NCBI GenBank assembly: GCA_021817605.1
Contig: JAKAUN010000004.1
Location: 68,427 to 132,426, forward strand
Reading direction: 5' to 3'
Origin: Thermoplasmata archaeon
Lineage (GTDB): Archaea > Thermoplasmatota > Thermoplasmata > Lutacidiplasmatales > UBA184
Length of the DNA: 64,000 nt
Shown: positions 8,223 to 17,609 of the stretch, in pieces
Layout: every line of letters starts with the position of its first letter
Numbering within the stretch: the stretch's first letter is position 1
The notes under the pieces: model-generated
What the model saw: only the letters and a program-made list of their open reading frames with translations
Database searches by the model: none
Told to the model about the DNA's origin: nothing
Program-made: the position numbers and the translations under genes

Positions 8223-8666
8223 ATGTCGAGCTCGGAACCCACCAGCCCGCCGCAGTACACTCCGCCCGCGACCTTGCCACCGGTCCAGCCGCAGCGCAAC
8301 CTTCCGCTGGGCGTCGCCATCCTCTCGGTCCTGATCGGCCTGTTAGGGATCTTCCTCGTCGTGGTCGGGGTTCTCATCCTCGTCGCCGGGACCGTGACCT
8401 CCCTCCCGATGGGTGTCGGCTTCGGCACCCCGTTCCACCTCGGCGCGATGGTGATAGGCGCGATCGTTCTCATCGCCGGGCTCATCGTCATCGGCATCGC
8501 CGTCGCCCTCTGGCGTCTCAGGCTCTGGGCCCTCGTGCTCGGCCTCATCGTCCTGTTCTTCGTGATGGTGAGCTACGGGGTTGCGCACAACTTCCTGAGC
8601 ATCGGGTTCCTCCTCGCCCTCGTGCTGTTCATCTACCTCCTCGCCGTCAACCGCCACTTCCGCTAG
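8223..8666 (+). CDS. small polytopic membrane protein, hypothetical (paralogue of 39810..40280)
   Basis: Pro-rich N-terminus followed by four hydrophobic helices. Shares LPLGVA.L.V.IGLLG...ALWR..WAL...YLL.V.R.F with the ORF at 39810. Confidence 0.55.
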   Translation: MSSSEPTSPPQYTPPATLPPVQPQRNLPLGVAILSVLIGLLGIFLVVVGVLILVAGTVTSLPMGVGFGTPFHLGAMVIGAIVLIAGLIVIGIAVALWRLRLWALVLGLIVLFFVMVSYGVAHNFLSIGFLLALVLFIYLLAVNRHFR

Positions 8667-8714
8667 ACGAGCCCGCCCGCCGGCTCCTGGCGGCGGTCGC
8701 CGCCGGGGACGAGC

Positions 8715-9080
8715 CTACGCCCCGGGCTTCTGCACGACGCAGAACGGGTTGCCGTCCGGATCGGCGAGGACGACAAAGTCGTCGTCCGCGCCGGCGGGAC
8801 GGCGCAGGGTGGCTCCCAACCCTAGGAGGCGAGCGACCTCTCCCTCGCGATCCTCCGTGTAGAGGTCGAGATGGAGTCGGTACTCCCCGAGGTGACCCTC
8901 GCCGGTCCGGTTGAGCGAGAGGTTCGGACCCCGGCCCGCCGGGTCCTTGAGGACGACCCAGCCCTCCTCCGCGGGCTCGCGCGGCACGTAGCCAAGGGCC
9001 TTCTGCCAGAAGGCGAGCATGCCCTCGAAGTCGTCGCAGTCGAGAACGATCGATCCGAGGCGGAGGCCGACCGCGACCAT
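8715..9080 (-). CDS. VOC/glyoxalase family protein
   Basis: VLDCDDFEGMLAFWQKALGY...HLDLYTED...GNPFCV matches the glyoxalase/bleomycin-resistance fold. Confidence 0.75.
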   Translation of the reverse strand: MVAVGLRLGSIVLDCDDFEGMLAFWQKALGYVPREPAEEGWVVLKDPAGRGPNLSLNRTGEGHLGEYRLHLDLYTEDREGEVARLLGLGATLRRPAGADDDFVVLADPDGNPFCVVQKPGA

Positions 9081-9209
9081 GCGGACCCTTCCCCGGGATG
9101 AGCGGGAGGAGGATAAGGCGGTGCGTCGAGCGAGGCCAGGGAGCCAGACCGGCCACGACGCGCCGGGACGGAGAGAGGAGCGCGTGCTGGGAGCGACGCG
9201 GAGGAGGCC

Positions 9210-9590
9210 CTACTCCTCGGACTTCTTCTTGGTGACGCGCTTCGCGTAGTTCGGCATCCCGGTAAAGTCGACCGTGATGACCGGCTCGTTGCCGACGACC
9301 CAGCCGTCGTGGCCCGGTGGGATGAAGTAGGCCTCGCCGGCATGGACCTCGCCTTCCGTGCCGTCGTCCATCTTCAGGTGCATGATGCCCGAGACCTGGT
9401 AGCCGTAGTGGGAGGCCCGGCAGCTCGGGGTTCCCGCGATCGACGCCATGTCCTTCGACCAGCGCCACCCCGGCTCGAACCGCGCCCGTCCGACGACCGA
9501 CCCGTTGATCCTAACGAGCTCCAACCGGCCTCGGGCGTACTCACGTACCTCGTGAGGGACCTCGAACTTCTTCGACTCCAGCACGGCCAT
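9210..9590 (-). CDS. cupin domain protein
   Basis: Two cupin motifs, HYGYQVSGIMHLKMDDG...GEAYFIPPGHDGWVVGNEPV. Confidence 0.75.
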   Translation of the reverse strand: MAVLESKKFEVPHEVREYARGRLELVRINGSVVGRARFEPGWRWSKDMASIAGTPSCRASHYGYQVSGIMHLKMDDGTEGEVHAGEAYFIPPGHDGWVVGNEPVITVDFTGMPNYAKRVTKKKSEE

Positions 9591-9988
9591 CTTGTGGCGG
9601 ACGCAGATAGGGGGTTCCTTATTGCTCCTTGCTCAACCGCCGTCCACCGCCGTGAGCCTCGTCAGCAAGTCAACTTTTTTTGACACCTAGCTGATATCTT
9701 GTCGGTCCTCACCCGCGGGCCAGGAAGGCGATCAGAACGTCGGGAACGGTAGAAGTCCAACGCGCGGGCTGGTGGGCCCGCAACGCCGCATGGCTCAAGA
9801 CCGCTTTCCGCGTCCTCCTCGGCCTCGTCTGGCTCATCAACGGGACGCTCAAGTTCACCTCGGACTACGTCAGCGGGTTCCTCGGCGACGTCCAGGCGTC
9901 GGGGGGGAACGCACCGTCGTGGCTCTCGGGATGGTATTCCTTCTGGGCGACCCAGGCGTCGGGCAACTCGGCGCTCATCGTCTACACG

Positions 9989-10333
9989 GTGGGGTTCCTC
10001 GAGCTGCTGCTCGGGATCGCCCTCGTCTTCGGGTTCATGCGCAAGGTCACCTACGCCGCCGGCGTCGCCCTGAGCCTGCTCATCTGGGCGGTCCCCGAAG
10101 GGTTCGGCGGCCCCTACCAGTCGGGGGCCGGCGGGACCGATGTCGGCACGGGGGTCGTCTACGCCCTCACCTTCCTCGGCCTCCTCGTGATCAACGCCCT
10201 CGAGGGCTCGAGCCGCTGGAGCGTCGACCACCTCATCGAGCGGAGGTACCCGAGCTGGGCGCGGGTCGCCGAGCTCGGGCCGGGACGGCCGGCTGCCGCT
10301 GCCGCCCCTGCCGCGAAGACCGAAGCCACGTAG
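9989..10333 (+). CDS. DoxX family membrane protein (conserved N-terminal region extends upstream to ~9785 with no canonical start)
   Basis: The first canonical start in frame is GTG 9989. The same frame upstream reads AWLKTAFRVLLGLVWLINGTLKFTSDYVSGFLGDVQ..., which is the conserved first DoxX helix. There is no ATG/GTG/TTG between 9695 and 9988. Confidence 0.6.
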   Translation: MGFLELLLGIALVFGFMRKVTYAAGVALSLLIWAVPEGFGGPYQSGAGGTDVGTGVVYALTFLGLLVINALEGSSRWSVDHLIERRYPSWARVAELGPGRPAAAAAPAAKTEAT

Positions 10334-10401
10334 GGGGCCGGCGCGCCGTCCGGGGCGAGCGTTAAACCCCCCCGCTCCTCCCCGGAGCCTGCGGAGCGAC
10401 C

Positions 10402-11406
10402 ATGAAGCTCGTCCACTTCACGCTGCAGGAGCAGTTCCACTTCGGGATGATCACGGACGCCAACGAGTACATCGACCTCGACACGGCCTGCCGCGACTTC
10501 TACGGCGTGGCTCCCGTCAAGGGCGCCGACCCGAGCCGCTTCCGCGACATGCATGCGTTCTTCTCCGGCGGGGCGGACTCGGTCGCCCTCACGAAGAAGA
10601 TCCTCGACTACATCGACCGGCGACGCGGGATGGGATGGACGCCGCGCGCGGCGACCGGAGCCCGCTACCTGTTCAAGCCGGAGGAGGGAGTGAAGCTCCT
10701 CGCGCCGGTCGTCCAGGGGCAGAAGATCTACTGCCTCGCGCAGAACTCCAAGAGCCACGTCGCCGAGCTCGGCAAGCCCACGCCCCGCCAGCCGTACTTC
10801 TTCACGCGGTTCTTCAACTCGCTGGTCGGGCCCTCCGAGCCTCTCGTGCTGAGCCCGGTGGGTAGCTTTCCGGATGTCGAGCTCGAGCTCGCCTGCGTCA
10901 TCGGCCAGCGGGGGAAGGGGATCAGCGCCGAGCGCGCGCTCGACCACGTCGCCGGCTACACCATCGCCCTCGACATGGGCTACCGCGACCTCCAGTACCC
11001 TCCCGAGAGCCCCGTCGACTGGGTGATGGGCAAAGGGTTCGACGCGACGATGGCGGTGGGCCCCTGGGTCGTCCCGAAGGAGGAGGTCGGCTCGCCCTAC
11101 CCGCTCCGGATGGAGCTCAAGGTCGGCGGCGCGATCCGCCAGCAGGGCGACACCGACGACTACATCTTTCGGCTGCCCGAGATCATCGCCCACCTCTCGC
11201 GCGGGATCACCCTCGAGCCCGGGGACGTGATCTCCCTCGGGACCCTCGGCGGCGCGCCGGGGTTCGAATCCGGGAAGGAGAGCCGCAAGCTCAAGCCCGG
11301 CGATCAGCTCGAGGCGACGATCGAGAAGGTCGGGCGTCTCGCGGTCTCCGTCAAGGCCGAAGCGCCGCCTCCCCCCGCAGCACCAGGAAAAGCGCCCGCG
11401 GCGTAG
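10402..11406 (+). CDS. fumarylacetoacetate hydrolase (FAH) family protein
   Basis: C-terminal FAH domain motifs (ELGKPTP...YFFTRF...ELELACVIGQRGKGISAERALDHVAGYTIALDMG...GDVISLGTLGG). Confidence 0.85.
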   Translation: MKLVHFTLQEQFHFGMITDANEYIDLDTACRDFYGVAPVKGADPSRFRDMHAFFSGGADSVALTKKILDYIDRRRGMGWTPRAATGARYLFKPEEGVKLLAPVVQGQKIYCLAQNSKSHVAELGKPTPRQPYFFTRFFNSLVGPSEPLVLSPVGSFPDVELELACVIGQRGKGISAERALDHVAGYTIALDMGYRDLQYPPESPVDWVMGKGFDATMAVGPWVVPKEEVGSPYPLRMELKVGGAIRQQGDTDDYIFRLPEIIAHLSRGITLEPGDVISLGTLGGAPGFESGKESRKLKPGDQLEATIEKVGRLAVSVKAEAPPPPAAPGKAPAA

Positions 11407-12607
11407 CGAGCTTTACCGTCTCCCCGACGCGGCCGACCAGGCCACCGTCCGGGAACGGGTAGCGGACGTCCGCGAGGAGCTCGACCGTCGTCCTCCGCCC
11501 CTCGTCGGGAAGGAGGGCCGAGGCGAACGGGTCGAAGCCGTCGATCGCCTCGCGGGAGAGCGGCACGACCTGAAAGCCGGTCCCGCCGTGAAGGGATCCC
11601 GGCAGCCGGATGAGCCGGTGGATGTCGGTCGTCACGGGGGCATCCGTCTCCCCCTGGACCTCGATCGCCGCCCGACGGACGACCAGCTCGAGGAACTCCT
11701 CGGGAGACTCCTGGCCGAAGACGTCCAGCGCCAGGGTCGTCCGGATCCTCTCCGAGCGCTTCTCCTCGACCAGGAACTTCGCCCACCGACGGGCCTTTCT
11801 CGCGTCGGCGCCCCAGCCGATGAGCTCGGAGGCAGCCTTCGGCGCCCCTTCCGCCTCCCAGCGGGCGAGAAGCGCCAGGAGCGCCCGGGTGGTGCGTCCC
11901 CGCCATCCGGGGGCGTCCGGCGGGGCGAGACGCAGCGTAGAGGCTCCTCGTCCCCGGCGTCCGAGCGGGGCGGCCTCCGCCTCGTCGGCGACGGCGACCG
12001 TTCGCCCGGAGCGCACGTCCGCGCTGGCGCGCTCGACCGCTCGCTTCGGGTCGATGTTGGTCCCGAGGATGTAGTCGACCAGCTCGCGACGCTCCGGGCT
12101 GGTGAGCCGCGCGAAGCGCTCGTCGCGGACGTGGACGTGGTAGCCTCGGCCACCGGAGAAGACGAAGGAGGTGCTCCGCGGGCTCACGCCGAAGTCCCGG
12201 ACGAGGAAGTCGTCCACGAGGTCGATGAGCCGGCTCTTGACGAGGGAGAGCTGGCCGGGGTAGTCGAGCGTCTCGGCCCCCCGCAGGTGGTCGGCGTCCA
12301 GGTCGAAGATGAGGTCGGCGCCGAACCACTCCTTGGCCGCCATCGAGGCCGCCTCGGGATGTCGGTAGTACGCCGACGAGTAGTAGACGTGGCGGGGGAT
12401 CTCCGCCGCGAGGTAGCGACGCAGCTCCTCGACGGAGCGGGCGGCGGTGTGACGGCGCATCAGGTTCGCCTCGGCGAACGGGAAGAGGGCGATCTCCCGT
12501 CGATCGAGCCTCTCGGGGGCCGGCACGGCGGCGCGGGCGTAGTAGCGGGAGAACTCCCCGCGGGCCCAGGCGAGGGTCCGGGCGTCCAGCGGAGGGGTCT
12601 TCGCCAC
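11351..12607 (-). CDS. priS: DNA primase small (catalytic) subunit PriS
   Basis: LIFDLDADHL (metal-binding DxD) and SGGRGYHVHV motifs of the archaeo-eukaryotic primase. Convergent 56-nt overlap with the FAH gene 3' end. Confidence 0.85.
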   Translation of the reverse strand: MAKTPPLDARTLAWARGEFSRYYARAAVPAPERLDRREIALFPFAEANLMRRHTAARSVEELRRYLAAEIPRHVYYSSAYYRHPEAASMAAKEWFGADLIFDLDADHLRGAETLDYPGQLSLVKSRLIDLVDDFLVRDFGVSPRSTSFVFSGGRGYHVHVRDERFARLTSPERRELVDYILGTNIDPKRAVERASADVRSGRTVAVADEAEAAPLGRRGRGASTLRLAPPDAPGWRGRTTRALLALLARWEAEGAPKAASELIGWGADARKARRWAKFLVEEKRSERIRTTLALDVFGQESPEEFLELVVRRAAIEVQGETDAPVTTDIHRLIRLPGSLHGGTGFQVVPLSREAIDGFDPFASALLPDEGRRTTVELLADVRYPFPDGGLVGRVGETVKLATPRALFLVLRGEAALRP

Positions 12608-12610
12608 GCG

Positions 12611-13180
12611 TTACTCCGCCTCGGGCGGAGGCAAGGGGCCCATCGCCTCCTCGACCGCGGCGTCCCGACGGAGGCGGGCGAGGAGATGGAAGACGGTCGA
12701 GTGCTCGCTCCCGCGCAGCAGCAGCTCGACCGCCCGCGTCCCCCGCTCGAGCTGCTCTTCGGTCCCGATGAGGGCGACCGTCGAGCCGTAGACGCTCATC
12801 GAGCAGCCGGAGAGCTCCTCGATCCGGGCACGCGCCTTGCCCTGGGTGCCGATCACGCGGGCGCGGATGCGACGGAGGGCCGACTTCTCGCGTCGGCCCG
12901 TGGCGAGCTTGATGTCGAGGATCCCCAAGAAAGTGTCCTCCTTCAACAGCCGGAACGCCCGCTCGGGGGAGAACCCGCGGCCGATCGCCAGCGCGATGTC
13001 CCGGGCCGTGAGCACCCCCATCGGGTCGGTGTCCGGCCCGACGACACGGACCTCCCCTTCCTCGGCGTCCACGTCGATCGTCGTACGGGTCTTCTCCGCG
13101 ATCGCGCGCTTGGTGCGTCCCTTCGGGCCGATGAGGACGGCCACGCGGTCCTCGGGGATGCGGGCGTGCAGTACGGGCAT
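12611..13180 (-). CDS. KH-domain RNA-binding protein (aDim2/Pno1-like)
   Basis: Start moved to the internal Met (MPVLHARIPEDRVAVLIGPKGRTKRAIAEKT...) at 13180, directly after the RIO kinase stop at 13183. Two KH-type repeats (IGxxG...). The upstream part of the ORF is a GC-artefact extension. Confidence 0.7.
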   Translation of the reverse strand: MPVLHARIPEDRVAVLIGPKGRTKRAIAEKTRTTIDVDAEEGEVRVVGPDTDPMGVLTARDIALAIGRGFSPERAFRLLKEDTFLGILDIKLATGRREKSALRRIRARVIGTQGKARARIEELSGCSMSVYGSTVALIGTEEQLERGTRAVELLLRGSEHSTVFHLLARLRRDAAVEEAMGPLPPPEAE

Positions 13181-13182
13181 CG

Positions 13183-13965
13183 CTACTCCTTGGCCGTCGG
13201 TCCGACCTCGTCTCCGCCGACGGCGGCGAGGAACTCCTCCGGCTCGACCGGGTGGCCGAGACGCGTGAGGTACCGGGCGAAGTTGCCGATGTCCCGCTCG
13301 AGGAGCCGACGTGCCTCGGGGTGGCTCGAGCCGATCGCCTGCGCCACGTCGATCACCACGACACGGTTCTCGTGATAGAGGGTGTTGTACGGGGAGAGGT
13401 CCCCGTGGACGAGCTTGGCGCGTCGGATCATCGCTCCGAACTCCCGGACGAGGTCCTCGTAGAGCGCCGCCGGGTCCGGCACGAGGGCGTCCTTGAGACG
13501 CGGAGCGGCTCCCTGCTCGTCCCCGATGAACTCCATGACGAGAACGTTGCGGAAGTGGCCGAGCGGCTTGGGGACGCGAACCCCGGCCTCGTCCAGGCGG
13601 CCGAGGATCGTGTGCTCCCGACGGGTCCATCCGACGATGAGCCCGCCGAAGTTGCGCACGCTCGACTCGCGTCGAAGCTCCTCGAGAGCGTAGGCCGGAA
13701 GGCGACGGAAGGTCGTGTTGCTGATCCGATAGATCTTCACCGCCCGCAGCTCGGTGCCCTTGTGGGCGCGGAAGACGCCTCCTTCCTTGCCCGAGGAGAT
13801 CGGAAAGTCGATCGCGTCGAAGAGCCCCTGACCGGCGAGGCGGGAGATCGCCAGAAGGGTCGCGTGGTCGAAGAACTCGTCCAGGAGCTTACGCTGCTGG
13901 CCCTCCTTGCGACGGTCCTCGAACCGTTCCCGACGGGGGAAGACGAGCTCCTCGGCGCGTGGCAT
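13183..13965 (-). CDS. rio1: RIO-type serine/threonine protein kinase
   Basis: RIO domain motifs, including ISSGKEGGVFRA, LVHGDLSPYN and VVIDVAQA. Confidence 0.85.
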   Translation of the reverse strand: MPRAEELVFPRRERFEDRRKEGQQRKLLDEFFDHATLLAISRLAGQGLFDAIDFPISSGKEGGVFRAHKGTELRAVKIYRISNTTFRRLPAYALEELRRESSVRNFGGLIVGWTRREHTILGRLDEAGVRVPKPLGHFRNVLVMEFIGDEQGAAPRLKDALVPDPAALYEDLVREFGAMIRRAKLVHGDLSPYNTLYHENRVVVIDVAQAIGSSHPEARRLLERDIGNFARYLTRLGHPVEPEEFLAAVGGDEVGPTAKE

Positions 13966-14095
13966 CGGGAGCCCAGAGCGGCTGGGCGCAGATAGAATCT
14001 GCCCGCACGCCCCCGGGGGCGCCCGGCCCTCGCCCGTCGGGTCGTAACGCGAGGGTAACCGAGGGTATTTCCGCAGCGCAGGCGTCGATGAGGTC

Positions 14096-14668
14096 GTGTC
14101 GCTCCCGAGGGTCCCGCTCCGCCACGAGCCGCTCGCCCCGCATGCCCCGGGGAACGAGCCGCTTTCCCCTGCCCCGGGGGAGCTACCCCTCGCGCACCGC
14201 CTCGTGGGCCCGGCGAGCTACGACGCGGTGTTCTCCGTGGTCCGCGCCGCGGTCCTAAAGGTCCTCGGCGTGGAGCGGCCGGGCCTCGGCCTCGCCCTCT
14301 CCGACCTCCCGCCCCAGCTCGGCGCCTACTGGCAGCTCACCGGCAACCTCATCGTGCTCAACGAGGGGCTGGTCGAGGCGATGCGTGCCCACGCCCGATC
14401 GCCCCTCGAGGAGAACGCCTTCGTCTTCGTCCTCCTGGCGCACGAGTACCTCCACGCGCTCGGCTACCTCGACGAGGCAGCGGTCCGACGCGTGACGGCC
14501 CGGGTCGCCCGCGGCGCCCTCGGTGCCGACCATCCGGCCACGCGGATGGCGGAGGGGGACCTCTGGCAGCAGTTCCCGTTCCTCGCCCACGCCCCGAGGG
14601 GTTCCGGAAGGCGCTTCAAGGTCGTGCGCGGCTTCGACCTCGCGAGCTCCTCGAGCTACATCCGCTGA
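14096..14668 (+). CDS. hypothetical HExxH-motif protein (possible zinc metallohydrolase)
   Basis: GTG start. Contains FVFVLLAHEYLHALGYLDE. The start is uncertain. An AT-rich GAGGGTATTT box lies in the 13966-14095 divergent intergenic region. Confidence 0.4.
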   Translation: MSLPRVPLRHEPLAPHAPGNEPLSPAPGELPLAHRLVGPASYDAVFSVVRAAVLKVLGVERPGLGLALSDLPPQLGAYWQLTGNLIVLNEGLVEAMRAHARSPLEENAFVFVLLAHEYLHALGYLDEAAVRRVTARVARGALGADHPATRMAEGDLWQQFPFLAHAPRGSGRRFKVVRGFDLASSSSYIR

Positions 14669-14720
14669 CCCGCGAGCCGGCACCGGGCGGTTTTATCTCC
14701 CGCGTAGCGCTCGGCCGTTC

Positions 14721-15200
14721 GTGGTCTACGTCAACGAGGTCGTCGGGCTCACCGTCGTCATCGCCGGAGCGATCCTCTTCGCGATCGAGATCTTGCACCC
14801 CGGGGCGCTGCTCATCATCCCGGCGACGATCCTCTTGGTCGGGGGGGTCCTCTACCTTCTCATCCCGACGGTGCTGCTCGACAGCGTCGTCGGTCCGATC
14901 GCGGTCCTTGGCGCGGCGCTCATCGCCACCGCGTCCACGATCTTCTACTACCGGTGGCTCGCCGGGACCCACAAGCCGCTGGTCACGACCCCGGCCGGGC
15001 TGGTGGGAGAGGAGGGGATCGTCACCACGGAGGTCGTTCCCAACTCGCTCCGCGGCAAGGTCCGGGTGCGCTCGGAGATCTGGTCCGCGCGCGCGACCGC
15101 CACGATCCCGGCCGGGACCCGGGTACGTGTCGTGCACGGCGAGGGCGTGGCGGTGACGGTCGAGCCCGTGGGCCCCGAAGCGTCCGCGCCCGCCGCCTAG
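14721..15200 (+). CDS. NfeD-like membrane protein (short form, C-terminal OB-fold), partner of stomatin
   Basis: Start chosen at GTG 14721 after the stop of the upstream gene (the ORF track extends to 14523). Two TM helices are followed by an LVGEEGIVTTEV...GKVRVRSEIWSARA beta-barrel region. It sits immediately upstream of the SPFH gene, the classic NfeD-stomatin operon arrangement. Confidence 0.65.
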   Translation: MVYVNEVVGLTVVIAGAILFAIEILHPGALLIIPATILLVGGVLYLLIPTVLLDSVVGPIAVLGAALIATASTIFYYRWLAGTHKPLVTTPAGLVGEEGIVTTEVVPNSLRGKVRVRSEIWSARATATIPAGTRVRVVHGEGVAVTVEPVGPEASAPAA

Positions 15201-15238
15201 TCCCGCGGAAAGCGACCAGCTTATAGGGCTCCGCCCGA

Positions 15239-16567
15239 GTGCGCCCCCGACGGGAAGGGCAGGTGGCGGACTACACCGTTCTCTACATCGTCGTCGCCTT
15301 GCTGGTCCTGCTCGCCATCTACCTGCTCGTCCGCGGCATCCACTTCATCCAGCCCTACGAGCAGGGGATCGTCGTCCTCTTTGGAGCCTACAAGCGCGTG
15401 CTCAACCCCGGGTTCAATTGGGTCATCCCGTTCGCCAGCGTCATGCGCGTCGACCTGAGGACCGAGGTCCTCGAGGTCCCCCGCCAGGAGGTCATCACCA
15501 AGGACAACTCGCCGACCAACGTCGACGCGATCATCTACACCAAGGTGGTCGACCCTCCGAAGGCGATCTTCCAGGTCCAGAACTTCCACGTCGCCACCGT
15601 CGCCCTCGCCCAGACGACCCTCCGGTCGATCATCGGTGACATGGAGCTCGACGAGATCCTGTTCAACCGCGAGCGGATCAACACCCGTCTTCGGGACATC
15701 CTGGACGAGGCCACCGACAAGTGGGGGGTCCGCGTCGACGCGGTCGAGATCAAAGAGGTCGATCCTGTCGGCCCGGTCAAGGCCGCGATGGAGGAGCAGA
15801 CCGCCGCCGAGAGGCAGCGGCGGGCCGCCGTGCTCCGCGCGGACGGTGAGAAGCGCAGCGCCATCCTGGTCGCCGAGGGGCAGAAGCGCTCCCGCATCCT
15901 CCAGGCCGAAGGGGTCCGCCAGTCGCAGATCCTCGAGGCGGAGGGAGCACGGGTCGCGACGATCCTCTCCGCCCAGGGCGAGGCGCAGCGGCTGCGCATC
16001 CTCTCGCTGGGCGCGGGCGTGCTCGATGCCAAGGCGCTCACCGTCCTCTCGCTCGACACCGTCCAGAAGGTCGGCGACGGTCAGGCGACCAAGATCCTGT
16101 TCCCGTTCGAGTTCTCGCGGCTCATGGAAGGCGCGAGCGAGTTCCTCGGCACCAGCCGCACCGTCCCCGACCGACCTCTCAACACCCTCGAGGACCTCGA
16201 GAAGAAGATCGGCACGATGGACGACATCCTGGGGCCGATCCCGCGCCAGGAGGACCTCATGACCGACATCAAGTCGATCGAGGAGGAGCTCAGGGCCGAG
16301 GCCGACAACTCGGCCGGGGTCCCCGCCCCGCGCGCCGTGGCGGTGCCGGGCCGGGTGGGCGGCCCCCAGCTTCCCTCGCCGGACGAGATCGCCCCCCCGC
16401 CGGGTGAGACTCGAGGGCAGACCCGCGGTCCCTCCTCCCCGACCCCCGCCCACGGCGTCGCCGAGCCCCACGGGATCCCGCCGTCGTTCCACTCCGAGCC
16501 CGAAACTCCCGAGCCCGCGCCGCCGCCACGCCGCCGCCCCGCCCCTTCCGGGTCCGACCAAAGCTAG
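15239..16567 (+). CDS. SPFH/Band-7 (stomatin/prohibitin-like) protein
   Basis: N-terminal TM helix, then an SPFH domain (FIQPYEQGIVVLFGAYKRVLNPGFNWVIPF...VDAIIYTKVVDP...) and a coiled-coil region (AERQRRAAVLRADGEKRSAILVAEG...). Long Pro-rich C-terminal tail. Confidence 0.85.
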   Translation: MRPRREGQVADYTVLYIVVALLVLLAIYLLVRGIHFIQPYEQGIVVLFGAYKRVLNPGFNWVIPFASVMRVDLRTEVLEVPRQEVITKDNSPTNVDAIIYTKVVDPPKAIFQVQNFHVATVALAQTTLRSIIGDMELDEILFNRERINTRLRDILDEATDKWGVRVDAVEIKEVDPVGPVKAAMEEQTAAERQRRAAVLRADGEKRSAILVAEGQKRSRILQAEGVRQSQILEAEGARVATILSAQGEAQRLRILSLGAGVLDAKALTVLSLDTVQKVGDGQATKILFPFEFSRLMEGASEFLGTSRTVPDRPLNTLEDLEKKIGTMDDILGPIPRQEDLMTDIKSIEEELRAEADNSAGVPAPRAVAVPGRVGGPQLPSPDEIAPPPGETRGQTRGPSSPTPAHGVAEPHGIPPSFHSEPETPEPAPPPRRRPAPSGSDQS

Positions 16568-16601
16568 GGCGGCGGGCGACCGCACGCGCCACGGGCCGCG
16601 C

Positions 16602-17609
16602 TCAGAGATCGTCGAACCCGAACGCTTCGCCGTGGTCGGGCTGCGCGTTGTAGAGCTCCCCGAGCTCGCGGAACTCCTGGCTCTCGTAGGCCATCATACT
16701 CCGCCGGGTCGTCGTCGCGAAGACCTTGGAGGTCTCTCCCGCCCGCCGCAACCTCCGGTTGCGCACGAGGCCCACGGCCTGGAGGTAGCTGCCGAGCACG
16801 ACGAACACGATCGGGTCGAGCAGCCGAGCCCACAGGGGCGTGGGCCGAGCCGGCGCTGCCTCCCCGGCTCCGGCGCAGCGCCGGCGTCCGTAGAGACGGG
16901 GCATCTCCCCCGCCATCCACGACCCTTCCTTGAGAAGGGAGGTATACTCCGGCGCCCCGTAGACGACCCGCGCCGTCAGCGCCTCCCGTGCGAACTGGAA
17001 GCCTCGGGAACGCCGGTACTCGGCACGTGCCCTCGGGAGGTCCACGGCGTAGTTGAGGCACCAGCGGATCCGTTCTCCTCCGACGCGACGGGCCCGGAGC
17101 CTGAGATCGAGGAACGCGAGAAGGAGGAACGACCAGAGCGTCCCCGGGGAAGTGACGACCAGCAGATCGAGATCGTCCTCGGGCCAGACCTGCCCGTAGG
17201 CGGCCGAGCCGGTCACCGCGACGCAGCGGACCAGGCTGCCGGCGGGCCCGAGTCCCCGGGAGACGAGCTCTTCGGCGGCGCGGATCCAGCGCTCCGCGCG
17301 GTCGGCCCGCTCGGCCTCGCCCGAGCGCACCTCCGGCGGCGGGGAGCCGGGGAAGACGGTCCCGTCGAAGACCGCGGCCTCGGGGAGGGCGTCGGCGATC
17401 CAGCGCGCGAGGTCCTCCTCGGTCGAAGGGGCCTCCTCGGGGAGCAGAGCGAGAAGGTCGGCGAGCCGGATGCCGGTGCCGTGCTTGGCGCCGATGTCGA
17501 TCGCGACGAGGGCCCGCTCCCACCAACGACGCTTGAGAACGGAGCGCTCGTGGGTCTCGAAAGGCTCGACCGCATCGAACGGCGGCAGGGCAGAGGTGGC
17601 GCCGCTCAC
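16602..17609 (-). CDS. nucleotidyltransferase (Pol-beta superfamily) domain protein, hypothetical
   Basis: VAVTGSAAYGQVWPEDDLDLLVVT matches the GS-x(9-13)-DxD minimal NTase motif. The flanking ~120-aa N-terminal and ~170-aa C-terminal regions are unrecognised. Confidence 0.6.
   Translation of the reverse strand: MSGATSALPPFDAVEPFETHERSVLKRRWWERALVAIDIGAKHGTGIRLADLLALLPEEAPSTEEDLARWIADALPEAAVFDGTVFPGSPPPEVRSGEAERADRAERWIRAAEELVSRGLGPAGSLVRCVAVTGSAAYGQVWPEDDLDLLVVTSPGTLWSFLLLAFLDLRLRARRVGGERIRWCLNYAVDLPRARAEYRRSRGFQFAREALTARVVYGAPEYTSLLKEGSWMAGEMPRLYGRRRCAGAGEAAPARPTPLWARLLDPIVFVVLGSYLQAVGLVRNRRLRRAGETSKVFATTTRRSMMAYESQEFRELGELYNAQPDHGEAFGFDDL

Noticed and set aside
11262-11285. GGGGTTCGAATCCGGG string resembling a tRNA T-arm
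   Set aside because: It lies inside the well-supported FAH CDS (…GAPGFESGKESRK…). The flanks do not form an acceptor, D or anticodon arm. The putative stem is self-palindromic rather than complementary.
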